From assembly GCA_016748015.1 (NCBI GenBank), contig JAAOMT010000620.1, positions 794,914 to 840,544 on the forward strand: a stretch of 45,631 nt of DNA, written 5' to 3'. The number at the start of each line of letters is the position of its first letter. Position 1 is the first letter of the stretch. The translations under genes were made by a program, and so were the position numbers. The notes under the pieces are model-generated. The model was not told where the DNA came from, did not search any database, and saw only the letters and a program-made list of their open reading frames with translations. Source of the stretch: Geosiphon pyriformis uo1. Its lineage: Eukaryota; Fungi; Glomeromycota. This document shows positions 11,992 to 24,551 of this stretch, one piece after another.

Positions 11992-14379
11992 AAAAACTCT
12001 TTCTCTCCTAATTTTCATAACCACAATTAGAGCTAAGAGTAAAAAAGTTGCAAACAATACTTTTCCTATAGTAACTAATAAAGTTTTAACATGAGAAGGT
12101 CTCTCTGTTATTGAAATAGCTAGACAAAACATTCTGGTAATATTTTCTTTAAAAAATACTAATGAAAGACTGCCTTTAGCAGTTTCTGGTTCATTTTTTT
12201 TACTTTTGGCTGGTAGTTCTTCTTCAGTCAAAGTTCTTTCCAAAAATCACATTTGAGTTAGCCTTAGTGTTGTCTCTACTGCCTCTAAAAAACCAAAGAT
12301 TTTTAATAACAGATTAGTCAACAAGTTGGTCTTTTCTGCTCTTACTATTTCCATTACTATTTCTACTACTACTGCTTCACAAATAGTTGCAAAAGCAAAA
12401 AATTTCAAAAAACAGCAGCAGGCAGTTACAACTGCTATGGTTACACCAAACCCCTTTGTGGTTTCAGATAAGATTTTCAGTAAAATTTCCACAGCAGCAG
12501 TCAGCTCTCTTTCTGATTTAGATGGCAACAGCAGCAACATATCTCCCAAGATAGGCCAAGATCAACTACTGGCTGTGTTGCCTGATGTGGTACTTTCTGG
12601 CAAATCATCACCAATCCCAGTAGCAAAACAGTTCATCAATTCAAATGATTTTAAAGATTGGGGTGATCAGATAAAAATGGAATCAACTGTCTCTTTCCCA
12701 ATTTCTGGTGCTGCTGATGGTGGTGCTTGGGAGAATGTAAATGGTTATCAGAGATTTTCTGGTTGAGTAATCTTCAATCTAGTACTTGGTGCTATATTTA
12801 AAATCAAAATGGCCCTGCTTGGTTTTTTGTTTCAGTTGCTGCCTGGTTGTATTGGGCTTATGAAATGCTGTTAAGTTGTTCTGTATGGAATTTGCATTTT
12901 AGAAGAGTCTAAATAGTGCTACCAAAGTGGTCATTAATAATAAGATTTTTTTAACTACTCTTAAGATTGCATGGTTTTTTGGTGTGGTCTCTGTTTTTTT
13001 CCCTTCCTTGTCAGTTATACTGCACAACATACTCTTGGGTACCTCTTTTAATAACATTAAAACTGCTTTTGGCATTTTTGGTGTTGTCACTTCTGTTAAG
13101 TTGAAGCCTGCTGACTTATGGCAATATGCTGTGATTAACTTCAAAGACACTTTTTTTGCTGCTGCTGCTCTTTCTAACTAGTTGGTATTAGTCAAAAAAG
13201 ATAGTATTAGGATTCTTCCCATTGCCAACCAAAAGGAGATTATCTCTTTAAGAGATGCATTCAAAGTTAAGTTGGTCAATCTTTTATTTGGCTGTATTGC
13301 CTTTAAGATAAATGATTTGGTCTCCCAAGTTGGTAACCATACATGTTTCATTCCTTGCTTCCCTAAATCTTATTAATGCTAACACTTTGCTGTGGTTACT
13401 TTTGATTCTTTGGAATCTTTGAATGTTGCTGTGTCAAAAACTGGTATTTTGTGTAATTGCTGCATCTAATGAGAAACTCCTGGATGTCACCACTACTATA
13501 AGTATTAAAACTTAAATCATTTGGCTGTGGACTACAAGAAGTCACCTCTTCTCCCATCTAAACTATCCTCCAACACTTTTGGTGGCCCCAAAATTTTCAA
13601 ATCTTTGTTTGCTGGATCTAAATCTTATGCCAAAGCTGCTGCTTTTGTAGTTCTTCTTGGTGCTGCTGCTGTTGATATGGACTTAAATCTCAATGGTCTT
13701 CCCAAAACTACAACACCCATGGTGTCTGCTGTCCCTTCTGTTCCCAATTTTGCTGTTGAATCTAGGTTGGCTTCTTTGGAATCCTATCTTAGTAAACTAT
13801 CTGTGTTAATAAAATCCTTAGCTGAACCTGTTGGTGCTTTGGTTGTATTGGTTATTAAATTGCTATCTACTCTAACTGCTATGGATGTGTCAGTTAAGGA
13901 ATGTATAGATGGGTTGGCTAAGCAAAATAAAGACTTGGCTGCTGTGACCATAGTGATGCAGAAAAAAATAACATGCCTTGAGAAAAAATGTAAACAGGCT
14001 GGCTTAGAGGATGGATCAGATGTTGACAATAAAGATTTTTCAGTTTATAATAATACCTTTAATATTATGATGCACCTATGAGAAGATCAGCCTTCTAGTA
14101 TCAAATTCAGTTTTGATTAGACTGCTAAATAGATAAGTGGTATGATTAAAAATAGTCATAAGCTTGTTAGCATTATGAGTAAGATGTATGAGTTAGATAT
14201 GTTTGAATCTGTAGGTAGCAAAGATAGTACTAGTATGTAGTTAAGGCTTTTCACTAGTGATTAATCACATCTTGTAAACTTTGTATTATTAGGTAAGCTG
14301 GCTTTATGAAAGTGCCAACTCTATTGTTAAACAAACTAATAAACAATCAGTGTGGCTACATATTAACATAAAAAAAAAA
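11992..14379 (+). mobile_element. Family A copy A5, full length
   Basis: 5' AAAAACTCTTTCTCTCC; stop 14238-14240; poly(A) to 14379. TSD taatattatgatgca (11958-11972) / taatgttatgatgca (14380-14394). Confidence 0.93.
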
Positions 14380-14659
14380 TAATGTTATGATGCACTTATG
14401 GGAAGATTAGCCTTATAATATCAAATCCAGTCCTGATTAGACTGTTAAGTAGATAAGTGGTATAGTTAAGAATAGTTATAAGCTTGTTAGCATTATGGGT
14501 AAGATGTATGAATTAGATATGTTTGATATATTAAGTAGCAAAGATAGTTAGCTGCATCTTGTGATTTGTATTATTAAGTAAGCTGGCTTTATAAAAGCAC
14601 CACATTACTGTAGACATAACTAATAAATAACTGGTGTGGCTATATGTTAACAAAAAAAA

Positions 14660-16893
14660 TAAATAGGCTTTCTCTGTTGTAGTAATATCCAAAAAAGGTA
14701 GAACCTTATACTTCTGTGTCAACTATTGCCAATTAAATGTCAGCACTCTAAGAAATATGTAACCACTCCCCAAAATTAATACAATGCTAGATAAATTTAA
14801 TAGTGCTGGTTTCTTTAATTCTGGCAAGTAGAAATAAATTCAGAAAGCAGAAAAAAAACTGTTTTCATTACCAAATATGGCATCTATAAATTCACAATTA
14901 TGCTTTTTGGTCTTACTAATGCCTCTCTTACCTTTCAATGCCTAATAAACAAAGTATTTAAATTAGTAAAAAAAAACTTTATTCTGGTCTACTTAGACAA
15001 CATAATGATCTACTCAAAAACTTGGGATGAACACCTTGAACATTTGCAGAAAGTTTTTGACCTGCTCAGAAATGCTGGTCTTAAGATCAATCTAATCAAA
15101 TCTTTCTTTGGATACCAATCCACCCAGTTTCTTGGTCATCTTATTACAAAAAATGGAATCTTCTTTAACCCAGTTAAAGTTAAAAAAGTTCAAAACATTA
15201 AACAACTAATAAACGTTTCTGAACTATGTTTTTTCCTTGGTTTGGCTTTTTACTATTGCAAATTTATCAAAAATTTCTCCAAAATCGCTTTTTTTCTCAA
15301 TTAGCTACTTAGGAAAAATGTTAATTGGAGCATTCATCAACAAAAAGCTTTTGAAATTCTGAAGGAAAAACTTGTTACTAAACCAATTCTCAAGTAACCT
15401 GATCTGGACCAACCTTTTATTCTCCACACTAATACATCTGGCTATAGACTTGATACTGTCTTTTCACAAAAAAATGAAGATGGCAGAGAATATGCTATAG
15501 TATATGCCAGTAAATCTCTTACACCAGCAGAAAAAACTATTCAGTAACTGAACAAAAATGCTTAGCAGTAGTTTGGATTATTAGTTACTGGGATCAATAT
15601 CTTCTTGATGTAAAATTCTTAGTGGTAACAGATATCAAGCCTTGGTTTGACTCAACAATAAAAAGAAGCTGGAACACAAACAAATAACTTTTTAGATATT
15701 CCACTTAGATGAATTTAACTATGATATTCAACACCACAAAGGAGCAAATCATCAAAATGCCAATGCTTTCTCTAGACTTACCATTTAGTAACAGTACAAG
15801 TTTCTCAAACCAAACCAACTTAATTATTAGTAACTCTTCTTTTAACAAACACAATAATAGATTTGAATAACTATTCTGCCTTAATAGAATTTTTGGGTAA
15901 AAGACAATACTCACCAAAATACACTTAACAACAAAGAGAATATTTGCACAAACAATCAAATTTCTATTTGATTCATCAGAACCAGTTATATAAAAGAAAT
16001 AGAAAAGATCCTGACTGTTTCCAGAGAGTTATCAGATTTGAAGAAAGAGAAATTGTAATATACAACATACACACTGACTCATTAGTTAGACATCTTAGAA
16101 AAACAAAAACAATTCAGAAAACTTTAGCTTGCTATTATTGGCCTACTTTGGAAAAAAACATTGCCAAATACATCAAAACCTGTGACATCTGCCAAAAAAA
16201 AGGAGAACTTAATCACAAAGAAGATATCTATTTAATATCTGTTAGTCAACTATTTGACAGAATTGGTATAGATGTTATTGGATCCTTAACCATAACTCCT
16301 AATAACAATAGATACATTATCACAGCTCTTAACTATCTTACAAAATAAGTAGAAGCAAAAGCCACTTCAGACCAAACAGCAGTCTCAATAGCCAATTTTA
16401 TTTATGAAGATATTATCTACTATCATGGCCATTTCAAAGAACTTTTATCTGATAAAAGAAGAGCTTTTCTTAGTACACTGGTTGAAAAACTTTGTAGAAA
16501 AATAGGAATATGTTATAAACTTTTTTCTTCTTACTACTCTTAAACAAATGGCTTAGTGAAATGTTTCAATAGAACATTATACAAAACCTTAACCAAAACC
16601 AGTAAAAAAATAAACTTATGGGACAAAGTACTGCTTTTAGTTTTGTTTTCTTATAGAACTGTGAATTATAACATAACAAGTTATAAACTTTTTTATCTGC
16701 TCTATGGATGCATAACAACACTATCAATAGAAACTGACATTAAAACAATACTCTTTGAAGAAATTAAAATAAAGAATTATAAAAACATTTTGCAAAGAAG
16801 ACTTGGTATCATTCTTAACTCCTTGATAGAAACACAAATAGTTGTTTTTGAAAAGATAAAACAGTTTCAAGAAAAGCTTAAAAAAAAGAAAAG
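14660..16893 (+). pseudogene. Ty3/Gypsy family B copy B1 pol: RT, RNase H, integrase
   Basis: MLFGLTNA, VYLDNI (decayed YLDD), FLGH; RNase H region; HTDSLVRH...CDICQ (HHCC); RIGIDVIG; FNRTL. Collinear with 38470-40339. Confidence 0.93.
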
Positions 16894-19303
16894 AAAAAAC
16901 TTTTTTTCTCCTAAAATTTATGACTATGACTAGAGCTAAGAGTAAAAAAGTTGAAAACATTACTTTTCTTATAATAACTAATAAAGTTTCAACATAAGAA
17001 AATCTCTCTGTTATTAAAGCAATTAGACAAAATATTTTGGCTACATTTTTTTTAAAAAATATTAGTGAAAAGCTGCCTTTAGTGGCTTCTGGTTCATTTT
17101 CTTTACTTTTGGCTGGTAGTTTTTTTCCAGTCAAAGTTCCTTCCAAAAAACACACTCAGGTTAATTTTAGTGTTGTCTCTACTACTTCTAAGAGCCCAAA
17201 GATTTTTAATAACAGACCAGTCAACAAGTTGGTTTTTTCTGCTCTCATTATTCCTACTACTATTATTATTACTACTGCTTTACAAATGGCCATAAAAGCC
17301 AAAAATTTTAAAAAACAACAGCAGGCAGTCACAACTGCTATGGTCACACCAAATTTCTTTGTGGTTCCAGATGAGATCTTAAGTAAAATCTCCACAGTGG
17401 CAGCCAGTCCTCTTTCTAATATAGATAGTAACAGCAGCAGCATATCTTCCAAGATGGGCCAAGATTAACTACTGGCTGTGTTGCCAGATATGATACTCTT
17501 CAGGAGATCATCACCAATCCTGAAAGCAAAACAGTCTATCAATTTAAATGATTTTAAAGATTGGGCTGATCAGATGAAAATGGAATCAACTGCTCCCTCC
17601 CAGTTTCTGATGTTGCTAATAGTAGTGTTTGGAAAAATGTGAATGGTCATCAAAAGTTTTTTGGTTGGGTGGCTTCCAATCTTGTACTTCATGCTACATT
17701 TAAGATCAAAATGGCCCTGTTTAGTTTTTTGTTTCAGTTGCTGCCAGGCTGTATTGAGCTTAAGTCTGTTTTAAAAGATACTATTAAGTTGTTCTGTGTG
17801 AAATTTGCATCTCAAGAGTGTCTAAATAATGTCATTAAAGTGGCTATTAGTGATAAAATTTTCTTAACCACTCTTAAAATTGCAAAATTTTTTGGTTTTT
17901 TCTCCTCTTTTTTCAGTTGCATTTCATAATCTACTTTTGGGTATCTTTTCTGATAATATTAAAGCTGCTCTTGGCATTTTTGGTGTTGTTACTTCAGTTA
18001 AGTTAAAGCCTGCTGATTTGTGGCAATATGGTGTGGTTCAATTTAAAGACATCTTTTCTGCTGCTGTTGTTCTTGGTCACTAGTTTGTGCTGGTTAGAAA
18101 AAACAGTGTTAGAATTCTACCTTTAGTAAACCAAAAGGAGGTTATCTCTTCAAGAAATGTTTTCAAAACTAAGTTGGTCAATTTTTCTTTTGGCTGTACT
18201 GCCTATGAGATAAGTAATTTGGTCTTTCAAGTTGGTGACTATATGTGTTTTATTCTTCACTCTCTTGAATCATACTGACATCAACAGTTTGCTATGATTG
18301 CTTTTGATTTCTTAGAATCTTTGAACTTTGCTGTATCAAAAACTGGTACTTTACATGGCTGCCACATCTGGTGGAAAATTTTTGGATGTCACTGCTGCTA
18401 CAAATGTCAAGGTTTGAATCATTTGGCTGTAGACTGCAAGGTGTCACCACTTCTTTCTTCCAAATTTTTTTCCAACTCTGCTGGTGGTTTCAAAGTTTTC
18501 AAATCTTCATTGGTTGGTGCTAAATCTTATGCTAAAACTGTTTTTGTGGTTCTTCCTGTTGCTTCTGCTGCTAATGTGAAACATGTTCTTGGTGCAACCC
18601 CTAAAGCTGGATTATCTTTAGTTCCTGTTGTTGCTTCTGTTCCAGATTCTGTTGTTGAATCTAGATTGGTTTCTTTGGAATCTCATCTCAATAAGTTGTC
18701 TTTGTTGATCAAGTCTATAATTGAACCTGTTGGTTTTCTGGTTGTTTTGGTTACCAAACTGCTGTCTACTCCACCTGTTGTAAATGGGTCTATAGAAGAA
18801 AGTTTAATAGGAGTGAAAAAACAAGTTAAAGCTATGGCTGCTGTGATTTTCATGCTGCAAAAAGACATAGGATTCTTAAAAAAAAAGTGTGAACAGGATT
18901 CTTTGGAAGCAGCATCTGATGATGAAGACATAAATAATAATAATGACAATAATAAAGATTTTTCAGTCTATAATAACATCTTTGATGTTATAATGCATTT
19001 ATGGGAAGATCAGCCTTCCAGTATTAAGTCCAATTCCAATTAGACTGTTAAGTAAATAAGTGGTATGATTAAGAATAGTCATGAGCTTGTTAGCATTATG
19101 AGTAAGATGTATAAATTAGATATGTTTAATACATTAAGTAGCAAAGATAATACTAGTATGTAGTTAGAGCTTTCCACTTGTGGTTAGCTACATCTTGTGA
19201 TTTTTGTATTATTAAGTGAGCTGGCTTTATAAAAGTGCCAACTATATTGTTAGACAAACTAATAAATAATCAGTGTGGCTACATGTTAACAAAAAAAAAA
19301 AAA
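16894..19303 (+). mobile_element. Family A copy A6, full length, inserted in B1 integrase
   Basis: ATG 16926 (MTRAKSKK); CCHC CYKCQGLNHLAVDC; stop 19161-19163; poly(A) 19291-19303; A-rich flanks on both sides. Confidence 0.92.
16926..19163 (+). pseudogene. Family A ORF1p-like protein (~740 codons), representative copy
   Basis: Joined from ORF fragments 17037, 17639, 17880, 18087 and 18294. Basic/Ser-Thr N-terminus, RRM-like segments, CCHC, KSYAK, predicted coiled coil, D/N-rich tract. Confidence 0.85.
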
Positions 19304-19873
19304 GAAAAAGAAAAAGAAAACCTATAAAACACTTTCTTTAAATGTTAGTGACTTGGTATAGAATACTGTTCAAACAGAGACAATGTCTATGATAATAGAT
19401 TCTCTAGCTGGTGAAAAGAATATTTTTTAGTCAACAAAGTTTTGAACAATGGTTTTTATATTCTTTAAGATCAATCTGGAACAATTTTCAATAATCATTC
19501 TGTTTATGGTACACAATTCAAGAAATATTATAAACAATTTGATTGGTTGCCTGTTGTGGTAATACTGATCCAAATAATCAGCAAAAATCAAGTATAAATA
19601 AATGCATCATTCCCAAAACAGAGGTATCTTTAATTAACATAAACAATTATTTTCTGGATCAAAACATTCAAAATGCCTTTTATACTTTCCATGAATATTG
19701 GATCAAAAATTATCTAAATGCTACTCTGACCATTGAAAAACAAACCACTATAACTGATAACAGTAAAACACATACTGTTATTAGACCAAAGAAAACTACT
19801 ACCAGAAAAGAAAGAATTAGTAGCAAAATGAATAAATATTTATTAAAAAGTATAACAGCAGTAATAGTCTCAC
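19304..19873 (+). mobile_element. B1 continued: integrase C-terminal GPY/F region and downstream sequence
   Basis: FLVNKVLNNGFYIL*DQSG...VYGTQFKKYYKQFDWLPVVVI is a decayed GPY/F-type tail. Confidence 0.75.
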
Positions 19874-21832
19874 TTTTTTTTTTTTTTTGTTAACATATAG
19901 CCACATTAGTTGTTTATTAGTTATGTTTACAAAATTGTGATGCCTTCATAAAGCCAGCTCACCCAATAATACAAAAATTACAAGATGCAGCTAACTACAA
20001 GCAGAAAGCCCTAATTACACACTAGTACTCTCTTTATTACTTAATATATTAAACATATTTAATTTATATATCTTACTCATAATGCTTATAAGCTCATGAC
20101 TATTCTTAACCATACCACTTATCTACTTAGCTGTCTAATCAGGATTGGATTTAATACTGGGAGACTGATTTTCTCATAAATACATCATAACATTAAAGAT
20201 ATCATTATAGACTGAAATATCTTACAAAAACTCTTTCTTTTTTAAATTTTATAACCATAACTAGAGCTAAGAGTAAAAAAGTTGCAAACAGTATTTTTTC
20301 TATAGTAACTAATAAAGTTTTAATATAAAAAGATCTTTTTGTTATTAAAGCAGCTAAACAAAACATTTTGGCAACATTTTCTTTAAAAAATATTAGTAAA
20401 AAGCTGTCTTTAGCAGCTTTTGGTTCATTTTTTTTACCTTTGGCTGGTAGTTTTTCTCCAGTCAAAATTCCTTCCAAAAGACACACTTGGATTAGTTTGA
20501 GTGTTGTCTCTACTACTTTTAAGAGCCCAAAGATTTTTAATAACAGACCAGTCAACAAGTTGGTCTTTTTTGCTCTTATCACTCTCACTACTACTACTAC
20601 TACTGCTTCACAAATAGCTGTAAAAGCCAAAAATTCCAAAAAACAGCAGCTGGCACTTATAACTGCTTTAGTAACACCAAACTTCTTTGTAGTTTCAGAT
20701 GAAATCTTGGATAAGATCTCCACAGCAGTAACCAGTCTTCTTCCTAATATGGATAGCAACAGCAGTATTACATCTCCTAAGATGGGCCAAGATTAACTAC
20801 TGGCTGTGTTGCCTGATATGGTACTCTCTAACAGATTATTGCCAATTCCAGTAGCAAAACAGTCCATAATTTTAGATGATCTCAAAAATTGGGCTGATTA
20901 GATGGAAATAAATCAACTGTCTTTTTCTCAGTTTTTGGTGCTGCTGTTAGTAATGCTTGGAAGAATGTAAATGGTTGTCAGAGATTCTCTGGTTGGATGG
21001 CCTCCAATCTGGTACCTGATGCTACATTTAAGATCAAAATAACCCAGCTTAGTTTTTTGTTTCAGTTGCTGCCTGGTTGTATTGGACTTAAGTCAATTTC
21101 ACAAGATATTATTAAGTTGTTCTGTGTAGAATTTGCATCTCAGGAGAATCTAACTGGTGTTACCAAAGTGGCTATTAGTGATGAGATTTTTTTGATCACT
21201 CTTAAGATTACACAGTTGTCTGGTGTAACCTATGTTTCTTTTCTCTCTTTGTCAGTTGTGCTGTATAACATATTTTTAGGTACCTTTTCTAATGACATCT
21301 AAAATGCTCTTGGCATTTTTGGTGTTGTTACTGCTATTAAATTGAAGTCTGTTGGCTTATGGCAATATGCTGTGGTTTATTTTAAAGATACTTTTTTTGC
21401 TGTTACTGCTCTCTCACACTGATTTGTATTGGTTAGAAAAAACAGCATTAGCATTTTTTAAAGCTAAGTTGGTTAATCTTTCATTTGGCTATACCGTATT
21501 TGAAATTTGGTTTTCCAAGTTGGTAGCTGTACATGTTTTATTCTTTACTCCCCTAATTTTTATCAATATTAACACTTTGCTGTGATAACTTTTGAGTTCT
21601 TGGAATCTTTAAACACTGTTGTTTCAAAAACTGGTACCTTACGTGACTGCCACATTTGGTAGGAAACTCCTGAATGTTACTGCTGCTACAGATGTCAAGG
21701 TTTAGATTATTTGGCTATGGACTGTAAAGTGTTGTCACTTTTCCCTCCCAAATTCTCTTCCAATTCTGCTGGTGGTTCTAAAATCTTCAAGTCATTCTTT
21801 GTTGAAGCTAAATATTATGCCAAAGCTGCCAC

Positions 21833-22873
21833 TGTTACGGTTTAAGAATTTAGCAAAAAGAATCATAAAAATAATACAAACTATTCAATCATAATATAGC
21901 ACAGTAATAATCTTAGAAAGGTAATGATTAACATAGTAGCAAACACCATCTCGCGATAGTGGCAAGCACCAGTTCACAATAGCAGCCAACACCAACTGGT
22001 GATNNNNNNNNNNNNNNNNNNNNGTCACTCAATCAATAAAAAAACAACGTATTTATTCACCAGAAGATAAATCATACCATTTTTCACCAGAAAATAAGAT
22101 ACAAATTCCATTAGGAGCTACATCATCATCAACATCAACTCCACAAACGCCAAAAACTCCTAGTTATATTGATAAAATTAAACAACGTAACTGGGGAGAC
22201 ATACCAATTACAGGAGGATATTCATCACTATTCCAAAACCCTCTTTTTCAGCCAAAATTTAGAACGGGGTTTGAAAACCGTGAAGAGGAGTCTGAATCAG
22301 AATCCGAAAAAGAGACCAGCGAAAAAACAATCACAAGACCAGTCACTGGAACAAGCAGCCAGTCCAGAAACCAAGAAACTTGTGATCAAAAAGAAGAACC
22401 GGATATAAGGGAAGCCACCTTTAGGAACGCTCAAGGAAATATCATCCCACCTCCTCTTAGACCAATAAACCCACCAGCAAAAAATGGCAACGAAATGACC
22501 ACACCATACATTGCAAGACTAACAGATTTCTCAGGAGAGGAAGAAGAAACGGACGTGCACACATGGCTCAGAGAAGCACAAAAAGCCATCCAGGCAAATA
22601 ACTGGAACGACCAAAGAGCAATTCAAACATTACCTTTCTTCCTGAAAGGCACAGCCAACTCGTGGTATCAAAGCCTGGAAACAAAACCCACGAGCTTCGC
22701 CGAATTTAAAAATGCACTCCTGGAGTATTTTAGCGACCCAAATGCCGTAATCCAACTACAGAACGAATTCAATACTATCAAGCAAAATACTGGTNNNNNN
22801 NNNNNNNNNNNNNNGATTGCAATTAAAGCGGGATATCAGCAATTAAATATAACAAGAAAACCATCCCGTAACA
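21833..22873 (+). repeat. Element D 5' LTR (gapped; contains a misplaced contig at 22024-22794)
   Basis: Starts TG, ends CA, followed by a PBS. Confidence 0.8.
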
Positions 22874-22875
22874 TT

Positions 22876-22889
22876 TGGTGAACCCTACG
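22876..22889 (+). promoter_or_regulatory. Primer-binding site of D, probably tRNA-Trp
   Basis: TGGTGAACCCTACG, 2 nt after the LTR. Its complement CGTAGGGTTCACCA resembles eukaryotic tRNA-Trp 3' ends (from memory, not searched). Confidence 0.7.
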
Positions 22890-22955
22890 AGAAAAGAAAA
22901 TCAAAAAGGAAATAATAATTAGCAATAATTCATTGCTAAAAAGGAAAAGACAAAA

Positions 22956-24551
22956 GTGGCGACAAAAACCCCTAATCTTACTGTTCTTAAATTCTGCCGT
23001 GTTATTTACACACAAAATCAAAGTAATCTTGGATTACCAGAAGAGTGTTGTCCAGCAGAATCTGCCCTCACTTATTATATCAATGCCAGAATAAATTATC
23101 ATATAGGAAAGAAAGAAGAACCACACGACGCAAAACTTGGATTGTATAGAGAATTATCACAATACACTACAAAAAAAGTAGCAGTAATAGCCGCAACTAT
23201 TGTCAAAATCCATCGAAAAATTGAGCAATACACCAACGAAAATTTTCCAATATCCACAGGAAACACTAGGGAACGCACCAACAAAACCAAAGAAAATTTA
23301 GAAACTAATCAGGAAAGTAACCAGCAAAAACTAGAAACACCAGCTCAAACGCCAAAGAAAACTGTCACTCAATCAATAAAGAAACAACGTATTTATTCAC
23401 TAGAAGATAAATCATACCATTTTTCACCAGAAAATAAGATACAAATTCCATTAGGAGCTGCATCATCATCAACATCAACTCCACAAANNNNNNNNNNNNN
23501 NNNNNNNNNNNNNNNNNNNNNNNNNNNNNNNNNNNNNNNNNNNNNNNNNNNNNNNNNNNNNNNNNNNNNNNNNNNNNNNNNNNNNNNNNNNNNNNNNNNN
23601 NNNNNNNNNNNNNNNNNNNNNNNNNNNNNNNNNNNNNNNNNNNNNNNNNNNNNNNNNNNNNNNNNNNNNNNNNNNNNNNNNNNNNNNNNNNNNNNNNNNN
23701 NNNNNNNNNNNNNNNNTAAAAATGCACTCCTGGAGTATTTTAGCGACCCAAATGCCGTAATCCAACTACAGAACGAATTCAATACTATCAAGCAAAATAC
23801 TGGTGAAACTGTTACCCAATACCTTGCTCGATTCAATCGAATTTGCCGTCAGATTGAAGTGATTGAACAAGGATACTACACTGATCCTCAGGTTTTAAAT
23901 CAGTTTATTAGAGGATTAAAAAGCAGCATTTTAGGAAGAGTACGCCCTGCCCACCCTAATTCCTTACCAGAAGCCATTACGCTTGCCAGAGCCCTTGAAT
24001 CGGCTGAGAAAGAAGCTAATCATAGTCAAATGGTTAACATGGTAATGGAGGAAAATAAGACAGAAACATTAGAGAAAAGAGTAATGCGATTAGGGGAGAA
24101 ACTCTCTAAGAAAATAGAAAGTTACCTCATCCCAGATCCGAGAAAAAATACATACCAACCACCCCAAAGACGCAGCCAGGAAGTCAGCAACAGTCGAAAT
24201 AATTGCCCGTCACGCCAGGAATTCAGAACAGAAACACGCGCCTGCCATTTTTGCAAACGCGTAGGACATTTGATTAGTCAATATCGAATGCGAATAATGC
24301 AGGAAGCACGCGAAAATAATTACTACGCGCCACTCCAAATGCCCAGAAACCAGTACACGCCAATATCACGCCAATATCCCACCACGTATCAAAATCAAGG
24401 AGCTTACCAGCAACAGCCCATGATAGCCAACCCGAATTGGCGTCCCGAGGCCCGAAATCAGCCCATGTGGAACCAGAACGCGTTGGTCCAGAGGAATCCA
24501 AACCGCGCCGGAACCAATCAGCAAACCAATCCAAACTACCAAAATTATTAA
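22956..24551 (+). CDS. gag: Gag of element D (gapped; start codon uncertain)
   Basis: ETVTQYLARF...QFIRGL (retrotransposon Gag); CHFCKRVGHLISQY (CCHC with last C changed to Y). The missing middle is supplied by 22148-22706. Confidence 0.85.
   Translation: MATKTPNLTVLKFCRVIYTQNQSNLGLPEECCPAESALTYYINARINYHIGKKEEPHDAKLGLYRELSQYTTKKVAVIAATIVKIHRKIEQYTNENFPISTGNTRERTNKTKENLETNQESNQQKLETPAQTPKKTVTQSIKKQRIYSLEDKSYHFSPENKIQIPLGAASSSTSTPQXXXXXXXXXXXXXXXXXXXXXXXXXXXXXXXXXXXXXXXXXXXXXXXXXXXXXXXXXXXXXXXXXXXXXXXXXXXXXKNALLEYFSDPNAVIQLQNEFNTIKQNTGETVTQYLARFNRICRQIEVIEQGYYTDPQVLNQFIRGLKSSILGRVRPAHPNSLPEAITLARALESAEKEANHSQMVNMVMEENKTETLEKRVMRLGEKLSKKIESYLIPDPRKNTYQPPQRRSQEVSNSRNNCPSRQEFRTETRACHFCKRVGHLISQYRMRIMQEARENNYYAPLQMPRNQYTPISRQYPTTYQNQGAYQQQPMIANPNWRPEARNQPMWNQNALVQRNPNRAGTNQQTNPNYQNY

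Larger units (their letters stand above)
8087..14659 (+). mobile_element. Family A copy A3 in three pieces (8087-9200, 11639-11972, 14380-14659)
   Basis: The pieces are collinear with the A consensus once A4 and A5 and their TSDs are removed. Poly(A) 14652-14659 abuts Gypsy RT sequence. Confidence 0.88.

Noticed and set aside
20205-20759. Recurrent hydrophobic ORFs antisense to family A (also 3699, 11071, 11368, 17156, 30005)
   Set aside because: They recur only because the element is repeated. Starts and stops differ between copies, and they mirror Thr/Ser/Ala-rich sense codons.
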